Shown here: positions 15,802 to 24,400 of the stretch, in pieces | How positions within the stretch are numbered: position 1 is the stretch's first letter | Layout: every line of letters starts with the position of its first letter | Assembly (NCBI GenBank): GCA_019236695.1 | Contig: JAFAIN010000154.1 | Span: 1 to 48,915 of the forward strand | Reading direction: 5' to 3' | DNA length: 48,915 bases | Origin: Acidobacteriota bacterium | GTDB taxonomy: Bacteria; Acidobacteriota; Terriglobia; Terriglobales; Acidobacteriaceae | Notes under the pieces: generated by a model | The model's input: the letters and a program-made list of their open reading frames with translations, nothing else | Told to the model about the DNA's origin: nothing | Database searches by the model: none | Made by a program: the position numbers and the translations under genes

Positions 15802-16923
15802 ATGAATTGGAAGCTGACAATTCGCTTGACCGCCGCGCTGGCGCTTGCGCTGCTGGCCGCCCTGCCGCGCGTGGCAGCGCAGACTTGCGCGAACTGCGAG
15901 AAGCTGGGCCGCACTGCGGCCGACCTTCAAATGCAACTGCTGTGGGCCAACGAGACGCTGCGCCAGTTGCCCGACCTGCAAAACCAGGCTGATGCCCTGG
16001 AGCGGCAGCGCATCGCGGCGCTTCGCCAGGCAGATGTTGATATTGACCACGCGCGCCTGTACGGCAACCTTGCTCGCGACGCCCGCGAACTGGGGGACCG
16101 GACGCACTCTGACGCCGATTACGAGCGCGCCGCCGGCTACACCCAGAATTCGCAACAGGCCAAGGCGGATTTTGAAGCCAATGAAGCCAAGGCGAAAGCG
16201 CTGGGCCAGCAGCAGGCCGAGCTTCGCGCCAAAATCGCTTCGGCCAAGCCGGAAGTTGACAGGCTGACAAAAGAAGTCGCCGTAGCATGGCAGGCTTACC
16301 ACGATTGTTTAACCAAAACCAAGTGCCCGCCGCCCACCGCCACCGGCGCGGCGCATTCGGATTGCCCCGACGCCGATGAGTGGCTCAACCGTGCCGATGA
16401 ACTCTATGGCATGGCACAGCGGGAGCACGGGTTTGCCATGCAGGCACGCTCGCGCGGCGATGCCAAATCGGCGGATTACTTCGAGCAGCAGGCACGGTCG
16501 TCAGATTCGATGGCGCGAACTCGCGAGCAAATGGCGGCCTACGCGTTGTTGAAGTGCGGCGAAAGACCTGCTGTTGGCCCGCAGCAGCCGCAACCCATCG
16601 CAGAAAGCGCGGTGCCGCCAGGGGCGATTCGCCTTCCTCCCGAGGGAGAAGAGCGGGGCGCCGTCACCATTACGAACCATTGCGACAGGGCTGAGTCCTA
16701 CCGCGTCGAAACTACCGGCCTGCCCGAAGGAATGATCACGGCAGCGGATGAATTGCGGGTGGATGCCGGCGCCACCCGCCCGTTCGTCCTCATTTACAGC
16801 AGCAAAGGGCTGAAACCCGGCCTGTACAGCGGAACGCTGCGCATCGTCTGCCTCACCTGCAACGCCTCATGCCCAAGGCAGGACACCTCTTCACCGGTGC
16901 TGATTTTCATCAGGGATAAATAA
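15802..16923 (+). CDS. Secreted coiled-coil protein with C-terminal Cys-framed Ig-like domain, function unknown
   Basis: 373-aa ORF starting 10 nt after the upstream stop. Signal peptide MNWKLTIRLTAALALALLAALPRVAAQ. Long helical charged region (LQMQLLWANETLRQLPDLQNQADALERQRIAALRQ...AELRAKIASAKPEVDRLTKEVAVAWQ). C-terminus AVTITNHCDRAESYRVETTGLPEG...GLKPGLYSGTLRIVCLTCNASC. Confidence 0.7.
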   Translation: MNWKLTIRLTAALALALLAALPRVAAQTCANCEKLGRTAADLQMQLLWANETLRQLPDLQNQADALERQRIAALRQADVDIDHARLYGNLARDARELGDRTHSDADYERAAGYTQNSQQAKADFEANEAKAKALGQQQAELRAKIASAKPEVDRLTKEVAVAWQAYHDCLTKTKCPPPTATGAAHSDCPDADEWLNRADELYGMAQREHGFAMQARSRGDAKSADYFEQQARSSDSMARTREQMAAYALLKCGERPAVGPQQPQPIAESAVPPGAIRLPPEGEERGAVTITNHCDRAESYRVETTGLPEGMITAADELRVDAGATRPFVLIYSSKGLKPGLYSGTLRIVCLTCNASCPRQDTSSPVLIFIRDK

Positions 16924-17061
16924 TTCACCGCAATCTGAGGCTGAATTCTCCGGATTTTCACTCGCCGTTCACCCCCTCCTAACTTCAGCTCACTAGGCTG
17001 GCTCGCGCCGTTCCTTTAAGGGTTCGGCACTCTCATCTTGAACCTGGAAAGGTAGAAACAC

Positions 17062-18312
17062 ATGAAGAAGAGCTTGGCCATGATGCTGCTTGCCGCGGCG
17101 CTGCTTGGAGGGCCGCTGTTCGCCCAGGAAGGGGCGGTGCCGAAGGGCATTCCCCATCTGGATCACGTCTTCGTGATCATGATGGAAAACCACGCGTATG
17201 GGCAGATTGTGGGCAATCCCAACGCCCCGTTCGCCAACAGCTATATGAACTCCGCGAATGCAGCCACAAACTACTACGCAGTTGGGCACCCCAGTTCAAC
17301 CAACTACCTGGAAATTGTAGGCGGGTCGAATTTTGGCGTGCGCAGCGACAACGCTCCTGACTGGCACAACACCTCCTGCACGCCAAACCTGATATCAGGG
17401 TTAACCAATTTCGACACCCCAAACAGCGGCAACGTGTGCCCCATTCGCGGCGCGGGCACTGACGCCGCCACACCGGCTGTGGACACTTCAGGAAACGAAT
17501 GCACCGCGCCCTGCTCGCTGGTTGACCTCGATGGCGCCAAAGGCTTCACCGCTGCGCCGAATACGGTTGGCAAGACCATTGCGGACCAGTTAAGCGAGCG
17601 CGGCATGACCTGGAAAAGCTACCAGGAAAGCCTGCCTCCCTCCGGCGCTGACAAGGTAACGTACAGTGACGGCTATTACACCGACGTCACTGTTCCGGGG
17701 ACCATTGCCGGTGGGTTGCTCAAGCTCTACGCCGCCAAACACAACCCGTTCGTGTATTTCGCCAGCATGCAGGAGGCGCTCGCGTCCGGAGCGCACAATT
17801 TCGCAGGATTCGAGGGCGAAGGCGGCCTGTACGAAGACCTGGCTTCGGGAGAGGTTCCGAGGTTCTCGCTTGTCGTTCCCAACCAGTGCAACGATCAGCA
17901 TGGGCGGGGAAATGGCGGCTCCTACTGCGACTTCGACTTTAATACCAACGGAACGCAGCAGGGCCTGAACCCGGCTCTGATTTATGTCGGCGACTTGAAG
18001 CTCCGCAACCTGGTTCATGCCATCCATGCTTCCCGGGCATGGCGTGACGGCAGAAGGAGCGCAATCGTGGTGGTGTGGGACGAAAACGATTACAGCCTGT
18101 CGCCTAACACGAACCGGGTGCTGGCCATCGTCGAAACCAACTACGGCCGCGGCGGCCGCACGAGCAACCAGTTCTATACGCATTTTTCGCTGCTCAGGTC
18201 GGTGGAAGGCGCCCTCGGGCTTCCATGCCTGAACCACGCATGCGACGCCAATACAAACTCAATGTCTGATCTGTTCGGCCACGAAGGAGATGACGACGAC
18301 GGACGGAACTGA
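17062..18312 (+). CDS. Phosphoesterase-family protein (phospholipase C / acid phosphatase AcpA type), secreted
   Basis: 416-aa ORF. Signal peptide MKKSLAMMLLAAALLGGPLFAQ. Family hallmarks HLDHVFVIMMENHAYGQIVGNPNAPF, GHPSSTNYLEIVGGSNFG, PNQCNDQHG, VVWDENDY. Confidence 0.85.
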   Translation: MKKSLAMMLLAAALLGGPLFAQEGAVPKGIPHLDHVFVIMMENHAYGQIVGNPNAPFANSYMNSANAATNYYAVGHPSSTNYLEIVGGSNFGVRSDNAPDWHNTSCTPNLISGLTNFDTPNSGNVCPIRGAGTDAATPAVDTSGNECTAPCSLVDLDGAKGFTAAPNTVGKTIADQLSERGMTWKSYQESLPPSGADKVTYSDGYYTDVTVPGTIAGGLLKLYAAKHNPFVYFASMQEALASGAHNFAGFEGEGGLYEDLASGEVPRFSLVVPNQCNDQHGRGNGGSYCDFDFNTNGTQQGLNPALIYVGDLKLRNLVHAIHASRAWRDGRRSAIVVVWDENDYSLSPNTNRVLAIVETNYGRGGRTSNQFYTHFSLLRSVEGALGLPCLNHACDANTNSMSDLFGHEGDDDDGRN

Positions 18313-18351
18313 CCGGCGTAATCTTGGGATGTTTCCCGGTGCTCACTTAAA

Positions 18352-18423
18352 GTGAACAACACGGAGGATGCTGGACTTCTTGCTTTTCCTTCGCGCCCTC
18401 GGCGTCCTCCGTGTGCTGATTCT
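18352..18423. repeat. Inverted pair of CACGGAG-family repeat arms between convergent genes (probable bidirectional terminator hairpin)
   Basis: The left arm gaacaacacggaggatgc pairs with the right arm gcgtcctccgtgtgctgattc. It lies between the stops at 18312 (+) and 18430 (-). Confidence 0.7.
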
Positions 18424-18429
18424 CGGCTT

Positions 18430-19851
18430 CTATGATTGCGTGCCGGGCCTGGGTCCTGCGAGGCCGGCGCCGGCGAACACCAGCAATGCAGGGAAGCATT
18501 CGAGCACGTAACGCTGCTCGGGGTTGGGCATGCTTGCCAGGAAGGCGGAGCGCAGCACAACGAACAGCAGCAAGAGACCGCCAAAGCGAACGTGAACGCC
18601 GGGGCGCAGCGCGAGCAGGGCAGCGGCGAGGTAGAGCCAGCCGAGCAGTCCGATTGCGGTACCCAATATGGCGTCGTGCAGGTCCTGATCGAATTGCCAC
18701 CAGTGGCTGTCGAGCGGCAGCATTTCGGTTCGCGGCCGCGCCCAGAGGTCAAGCGCGCGCAACGCCGGCAGCCAGGCATAGTAGCGGAGCGGGTGGCGGG
18801 CAATTCGCCGCGCAGCCAGAGCGCCGAACTGCGCGTCGAGCGGGCCGGTCATGACACGGGTGTGGTTGTACTCGGCGAATAGCCGCGCGGTTTCGTCGCG
18901 CTCGGTCGGACTATCGAAGGCGCGAGCGGGCAGCGCTTGCATATCGAGCGCATCGCCGGGAACGTGGAACCAGATGTCTTCCACCGAAGAGTAATCAAGA
19001 ATCCAGGTCTTCTGCCAGCGGATGAATCCCAGCGGAACGAATTCACCCGGAGTGTTGGCGTAGACCGGCGCAAGCGGCTGAAAAACATGCAGCACCCTCC
19101 AGTTGCGCACGGTCCAGGGGACCAGCGGCGCGAGTGCGACCACGGCGACGGTTAGAGCGGCCGCCATGGCGTGCTTCGGCGGCAAGCTCCCGCGCGCGCC
19201 GCGCCACAGCAGGTACACAAGCGTGGCACCCAGCAGAATGCCGCCATCGGGCCGCAGCAGGATTCCTGAAGCAAGCGCGATGCCACACAGAACCCAGCTC
19301 GCGCTGCGGAACTGTGGCGGAGAGGAAACCGGCCCCGACAAGGCTCGCACCGCGAAGTATAGAGCGGCGGCGGCGGCGAAGATGGCCAATGGTTCCGTGA
19401 GCGGCGTGGCGACGTAATTGGCAAAGAAGATGCAGCAGGCTGCAAGCGCGAACGCGATGCGGGCCGCACGGTCCCCGGCGGCGCGCCAGGCCAGCGCGGC
19501 AATGATGTAGCAGGTAATGACATCAAAAACCAGGTTCACATACATGATGGCGCCGTAGTGCTCGCTGCCGAACAGCAGAAAGCACAGCGCCACAAATGCC
19601 GGATAGCCGGGCATGCGAATGTCGGTGGGCTCAACTCCCCGAATGGGGGGCGTTCCGGCGGGGCCCGGCGTGTGTACGCCGCTGATGCCGTAGATGCCCT
19701 GCTGCCAGTTCTTCGCAATATCGCCGTAGACCAGTGAGTCAGGCGCAATCGTTGGAAACTTCAAGATGAAGAGCAGGCGCAGGACAATGGCTGCGAACGT
19801 AAAGGCGATGTAGAAGCGGCGATGGCGCGCGATGGAGGAGGCGAGTGACAA
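18430..19851 (-). CDS. GT-C fold glycosyltransferase, ArnT/PMT_2-like (family 39/83 type) integral membrane protein
   Basis: The ORF is open to 19983 (517 aa), but codons upstream of 19851 run through the GGCAAAAG repeat block. An in-frame TTG at 19851 gives (M)SLASSIARHRRFYIAFTFAAIVLRLLFIL, a typical short N-terminus plus TM1. First-loop motif APDSLVYGDIAKNW, more than 10 TM helices, overall size and hydropathy fit ArnT/PMT-like transferases. The start codon is uncertain. Confidence 0.7.
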   Translation of the reverse strand: MSLASSIARHRRFYIAFTFAAIVLRLLFILKFPTIAPDSLVYGDIAKNWQQGIYGISGVHTPGPAGTPPIRGVEPTDIRMPGYPAFVALCFLLFGSEHYGAIMYVNLVFDVITCYIIAALAWRAAGDRAARIAFALAACCIFFANYVATPLTEPLAIFAAAAALYFAVRALSGPVSSPPQFRSASWVLCGIALASGILLRPDGGILLGATLVYLLWRGARGSLPPKHAMAAALTVAVVALAPLVPWTVRNWRVLHVFQPLAPVYANTPGEFVPLGFIRWQKTWILDYSSVEDIWFHVPGDALDMQALPARAFDSPTERDETARLFAEYNHTRVMTGPLDAQFGALAARRIARHPLRYYAWLPALRALDLWARPRTEMLPLDSHWWQFDQDLHDAILGTAIGLLGWLYLAAALLALRPGVHVRFGGLLLLFVVLRSAFLASMPNPEQRYVLECFPALLVFAGAGLAGPRPGTQS

Positions 19852-19867
19852 CGTGGTGAGAGTACAT

Positions 19868-19907
19868 GGGAAAAGGCAAAAGGAGAAAGGCAAAAGGCAA
19901 AAAGGGG
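19868..19907. repeat. GGCAAAAG-type octad repeat block (left flank of HigBA island)
   Basis: gggaaaaggcaaaaggagaaaggcaaaaggcaaaaagggg. The 17-mer aaggcaaaaggcaaaaa (19887-19903) recurs exactly, inverted, at 21337-21353. Confidence 0.75.
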
Positions 19908-19989
19908 CAGTGACCTGGGCTAGCCCACTCCCGCCTGAACTCCTTGGGAGCGCAGAACCGGAACGCGATGAGGCCGCGCACAAAAACGG

Positions 19990-20045
19990 GCTAACGCTAT
20001 GCGTTAGCTGATTTCCCTTGACTCGTTAACGCGATACGTTAAACT
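19990..20045 (+). promoter_or_regulatory. Candidate higBA promoter/operator: palindrome GCTAACGC-TAT-GCGTTAGC, TTGACT-N16-TAAACT, internal palindrome CGTTAACG
   Basis: Perfect 8-bp inverted repeat at 19990-19997 / 20001-20008. -35 TTGACT at 20018-20023. CGTTAACG at 20024-20031 within the spacer. -10-like TAAACT at 20040-20045, only 8 nt before the GTG at 20054. Confidence 0.45.
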
Positions 20046-20053
20046 TGAAGGCT

Positions 20054-20332
20054 GTGATTAAGAGCTTTGCAGACGCCGCTACGGCAAGGTTCTGGGAAAG
20101 CGGCGAGTCGAGCAAAGGATGGCCGAAGAAAGCCACTCGACGCAAGCTGGCAATGCTGGAGCAGGCCTCTGAGCTGAATGACCTTGCATCCCCTCCCGGC
20201 AACCGACTGGAGAAGCTCAAAGGCGACCGGCAAGGTCAGTACAGCATCCGCATTAACGATCAGTACAGGCTTTGCTTCAATTGGAGAGATGGCGATGCGG
20301 AGAACGTTGCAGTAAGCAAGCACTATGAATGA
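20054..20332 (+). CDS. higB: Type II toxin HigB (RelE/ParE superfamily, 'plasmid maintenance system killer' type)
   Basis: The ORF track starts at TTG 20045. GTG 20054 gives MIKSFADAATARFWESG..., the canonical HigB N-terminus. Core motif PPGNRLEKLKGDRQGQYSIRINDQYRLCFNWRDGDAENV. The toxin gene precedes the antitoxin gene, as in HigBA modules. Confidence 0.85.
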   Translation: MIKSFADAATARFWESGESSKGWPKKATRRKLAMLEQASELNDLASPPGNRLEKLKGDRQGQYSIRINDQYRLCFNWRDGDAENVAVSKHYE

Positions 20333-20347
20333 GGAGTATGAGCAGGC

Positions 20348-20704
20348 ATGCCGGTTCCAAGGACAGGGAATCCGAATTGGCGAGTTCATCCGGGCGAGGT
20401 CTTGAGAGAGGAGTTTCTCAAGCCGCTGAAGATGAAGCCCGCGCAGTTGGCAAAGAAGCTCTGCGTCTCGGCGCCCACCGTGAACGAAATTGTTCGCGAG
20501 AGGAGGGCAGTCAGCGCAGATATGGCGGTGCGGCTGGCGTGGTTTTTCAACACCACAGAGCAGTTCTGGCTTGGCTTACAGGCTGCTTACGATGTGAGCC
20601 GGGAGAGGGCTCACCTGTCAAAGACGCTCAAGAAGATCACACCGCTGGGAAAAATTGCAGCGGTCACAGTCGCCGCGGTTGGCGTTGTGCCGCTGGTAAA
20701 GTAA
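20348..20704 (+). CDS. higA: Type II antitoxin HigA (XRE-type HTH, addiction module antidote protein)
   Basis: 118-aa ORF starting 15 nt after higB, with GGAG upstream. HPGEVLREEFLKPLKMKPAQLAKKLCVSAPTVNEIVRERRAVSADMAVRLAWFFNTTEQFWLGLQAAYD is the classic HigA/VapI HTH pattern. Confidence 0.9.
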   Translation: MPVPRTGNPNWRVHPGEVLREEFLKPLKMKPAQLAKKLCVSAPTVNEIVRERRAVSADMAVRLAWFFNTTEQFWLGLQAAYDVSRERAHLSKTLKKITPLGKIAAVTVAAVGVVPLVK

Positions 20705-20787
20705 GGGAGCTTGGAACGAAGCTGCCTGCGGCCCGTTTTAGCCGTTTGGGAGGAATCAGAACTGTTGGATGCGGTGTCCAAACCGAT

Positions 20788-21256
20788 ATGCGTCGTTACC
20801 CCTATTGGATGTCGGCAATCAGCCTAGTTGTCATTCTGTTAGCCGCATGGTTTGTCAATAAGTACTTCTCGATCGAGGCGCACGCACTAGCATCGCGCAT
20901 ATGGTCGCCGCCTACTGTCCAGCAGCAAGAGATTCACAAGCTCCGCAAGATTGCCGGTTGGTTCAGCGTTAATTGTGGGCATGTTTTTCGCCGCGAGAGC
21001 GGTGATGATGCGATCGCGTGTGCGATGGCAGCCCTGAAGACCGGCAAGCCGTTTTGTGTTTCGTTCGATTATCGTGGGCATCGATTCACACGGAACCACT
21101 GGATTGGCCGCAAACGCGAAACGCGAGCTTTATTCGGTTACCACCGACGAGATGGGCGGTGGCGTGTATGGCTATGTTGTTGGAAGTGCGGGAAGACGTG
21201 ACGTAAGCATTCTGCGTTGTGCAGGTGGCCCAGTGGAACAAACGTACGCTTTCTGA
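20788..21256 (+). pseudogene. Possible frameshifted small membrane-anchored protein gene (frame 1 from 20788 to about 21060, frame 2 from about 21056 to 21256)
   Basis: From ATG 20788 the frame reads MRRYPYWMSAISLVVILLAAWFVNKYF...AMAALKTGKPFCVSFDY, then degenerates into a W/R/C-rich tail (GRWRVWLCCWKCGKT). The +1 frame is open from 21038 and reads a protein-like IIVGIDSHGTTGLAANAKRELYSVTTDEMGGGVYGYVVGSAGRRDVSILRCAGGPVEQ to TGA 21256. A T4 run at 21052-21055 is a plausible indel site. Confidence 0.35.
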
Positions 21257-21336
21257 CGTGCACCCGTCTGCCTGCGAGTTATTAACGGTTCTGAAATCCG
21301 CTTCTCAAAAGCCCCTGGCTGCATTGAGCTGTGAAG

Positions 21337-21371
21337 TTTTTGCCTTTTGCCTTCTGCTTTTTGCCCTTTTC
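21337..21371. repeat. GGCAAAAG-type octad repeat block, inverted orientation (right flank of HigBA island)
   Basis: tttttgccttttgccttctgctttttgcccttttc. It is the reverse complement of the block at 19868-19907 and includes an exact 17-nt match. Confidence 0.75.
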
Positions 21372-21372
21372 A

Positions 21373-21400
21373 TTGCATATCTCGCCACGAGCTTTATAAT
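21373..21400 (+). promoter_or_regulatory. Candidate sigma-70-type promoter for the BNR-repeat gene (TTGCAT-N16-TATAAT)
   Basis: TTGCAT at 21373-21378, a 16-nt spacer, TATAAT at 21395-21400, 45 nt upstream of ATG 21446. Confidence 0.45.
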
Positions 21401-21445
21401 TCGCGCGTTCTGCTGCACGCATTTTTCACGCTGAGGTATTTGCGC

Positions 21446-24400
21446 ATGAAGAAAGCCGTTCTCGTGTCTCTCATCCTGATGACTGGCTGGGTCACTCTCC
21501 GAGCGCAGAGCGCCGGCATTCCAGTTGACGCTTACAGCCAGTTGCGGTTCCGCTATATCGGGCCGGTGGGCAACCGCACCGATTCAGTTGCCGGCGTACC
21601 CGGCAATCCCTGGATCTACTATGTGGGCGCTGCTTCGGGAGGAATTTTCAAGACCACTGATGGTGGAATCCACTGGGAGCCGATCTTCGATTCGCAGCCG
21701 GTTTCCTCCATCGGGGCGCTGGCGGTTACGCCGGGCGATCCCAATACGATCTGGGCGGGCACCGGCGAAGCCTACATCCGCAGCCACATCTCGGTCGGCG
21801 AAGGTATGTACAAATCCACCGATGCGGGCAAGACCTGGACACGCATGGGCCTGGAGAAAACCGGCAGAATCGGGAACGTCATTGTGGATCCGCACAATCC
21901 GAACATCGTGTTTGCCTGCGCGCTGGGCCATGCTTACGGGCCGCAGCCGGAGCGCGGCGTCTTCCGCACAATGGATGGCGGAAAGAACTGGGAGCGGGTG
22001 CTGTTTGTGGATGAGAACAGCGGCTGCTCCGATCTCGGAATGGATCCCAACAACTCGCAGATCCTGTTTGCCGGCATGTGGCAAATCGAAATCCACACCT
22101 ACGGGCGGACCAGCGGCGGCCCGGGCAGCGGGTTGTGGCGCTCAATGGATGGCGGGTCTCACTGGACCAAACTCGAAGGCCATGGCCTGCCGCGCCCGCC
22201 GGTAGGACGGATTGCGGTTCGCGTGGCTGCAAAGGACTCGCGCCGCGTCTATGCGCTCATCGAAACCGGTGACGGCGATCCTTCGCCTGTGACCAACGGG
22301 CGCCCCAGCCAGCAGGGGCAGCTCTGGCGTTCCGACGATGGCGGCGAAAACTGGCAGATGGTCAATGATGACCGCAACATTCGCGGGCGCACTGCGTACT
22401 ACAGCCGCGAAGAGATTTCGCCCGACAACGAGAATGAGCTTTATTTCTTCAGCGCCGCTTTTTCTCATTCGCTGGATGGCGGCCGCACGCTTACCCCGCT
22501 TGCCTCGAGCCCGGGCGGCGACAACCATGAAATGTGGATTGACCCCACCAACGCCGATCGCATGGCGGTGGTGAATGACGCCGGGGTCAGCATTTCGGTC
22601 GACCATGGCCGCACCTGGAACCACGTGAGCCTTCCGATCGCACAGATTTACCACGTCACGGTCGATAACCAGGTTCCCTATAACGTATTCGGCAACAAGC
22701 AGGATGGCAGCTCCTACGGCGGCCCGAGCAACAGCCTGCAGTTTGGATTCGGCGGCGGAGGCGGGGGAGGAGGCGGCGCCGGCCCCATCTCGCGCAGCGT
22801 TTGGCGGCCAGTGGATGGCGGCGAGAGCGGCTTTGCCACGCCCGACCCGGTGGATAACAACATCATCTGGACCAGCGGCACGGGCTCGGGCAGCGTGCAG
22901 GGCGCCGTAATGCGCTATGACATGCGTACCCACCAGGCGCGCAATGTGGAAGTATGGCCGGTCAACGCATCCGGCGCCACCGCGGCTGAGGTGAAATACC
23001 GTTTCAACTGGGAGTTCCCCATCGCCATCTCGCCGCATGACCATAACAAGGTGTATGTGGGCAGCCAGTTCGTGCACGCCACCACCGATGGCGGCAATAG
23101 CTGGCAGATCATCAGCCCCGACCTCACGTTGAACGATCGCAGCCGCATGGGCCCAAGCGGCGGGCTTACGTATGACAACATTGGCGTGGAATACGCCGGC
23201 GTAGTGTTCGCGATTGCCGAGTCGCCCAAACAGGCGGGCGTCATCTGGGCAGGGACCAACGACGGCCTGGTGCAGTTGACGCGCGATGGCGGCAAGAACT
23301 GGACGGATGTAACGAAGAATATTCCCAACCTGCCGCCCTGGGGAACGGTTTCGAACATCGAGGCCTCACGCTATGACGCGGGCACGGCATACATCACGGT
23401 GGATTTTCACCAGATGAACAACCGCGATCCCTACGTCTATAAGACGGCCGATTACGGCCGCAACTGGACGCTCATCACCAACGGCATTCCGCACAGCATG
23501 CTCAGCTATGCGCACTGCGTTCGCGAGGATCCGGTGCGGCGCGGGCTGCTGTATCTGGGAACCGAGAACGCGCTGTACGTTTCTTTCAATGACGGTGCGG
23601 ACTGGCAGCCGCTGCAGAATAATCTGCCGCATGCCCCGGTGTACTGGATCACGGTGCAGGAAAACTTTCACGATCTTGCGCTGGCGACCTACGGCCGAGG
23701 CTTCTGGATTCTGGATGACCTTTCGGCGCTGGAATCACTTACGCCGGAAGTACAGAATTCGGCGGTGCATCTGTTTACTCCGCGGCAGGCCTATCGGTTC
23801 CGCCCTATCACCCAGCCGGCATCGTTCCAGTACGATCCCACGGCTGGGCAAAACCCGCCCTACGGGGCCGACGTTAACTTCTACCTGAAGTCGGCGCCCG
23901 GCCCGGGTGACCGTGCCACGCTGACAATTCACGATTCCTCAGGCAAGGCCATTCGCAGCATGACATGCGGGGCGGGGCGGGCGGCCGGCCCGGGTGGCGG
24001 CGGGCGCCGCGGCCAGGGCCAGCAGCAGGGGCAACAGCCGGGGACCGCGCCGATGGAAGAGCCCGGGCAACCGCAACTCGCGCCCTTAGGACCGCTGGCG
24101 CCGCAACGGGAAGAAGGCGGCGAAGCCGCGCCGCAGTGCAGTTTGCGTGCCGGCATCAACCGCGTGTATTGGGATTTGCGCACCGATGCTACACCGCAAA
24201 TTCGCCTGCGCACTCCTCCACTGTTCGTGCCCGATTTCCCCATGGGTCCGGGCGGCACCCGCCCAGCGCCTGACGCCAACCGCATTTCCATGCTGGCTCC
24301 TCCCGGAACCTACACCGTGACGCTGGCATTCGGGGGGCAGGAGCAGAGCCAGAAGCTGACCGTCATCAAAGATCCGCATTCCAGCGGCAGCGAGGCTGAT

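Noticed and set aside
19852-19983. N-terminal 44 codons of the glycosyltransferase ORF as given in the ORF track.
   Set aside because: These codons translate the GGCAAAAG repeat block (...FCLLPFSFCLFPC...) and begin with a TTG that has no SD. An in-frame TTG at 19851 gives a typical N-terminus. The longer form cannot be excluded without homolog alignment.
20329-21201. 290-aa ORF spanning higA and the downstream region.
   Set aside because: Its first 125 codons are simply an alternative frame of the well-supported higA gene. Only the part from ATG 20788 onward is considered, as a possible frameshifted gene.
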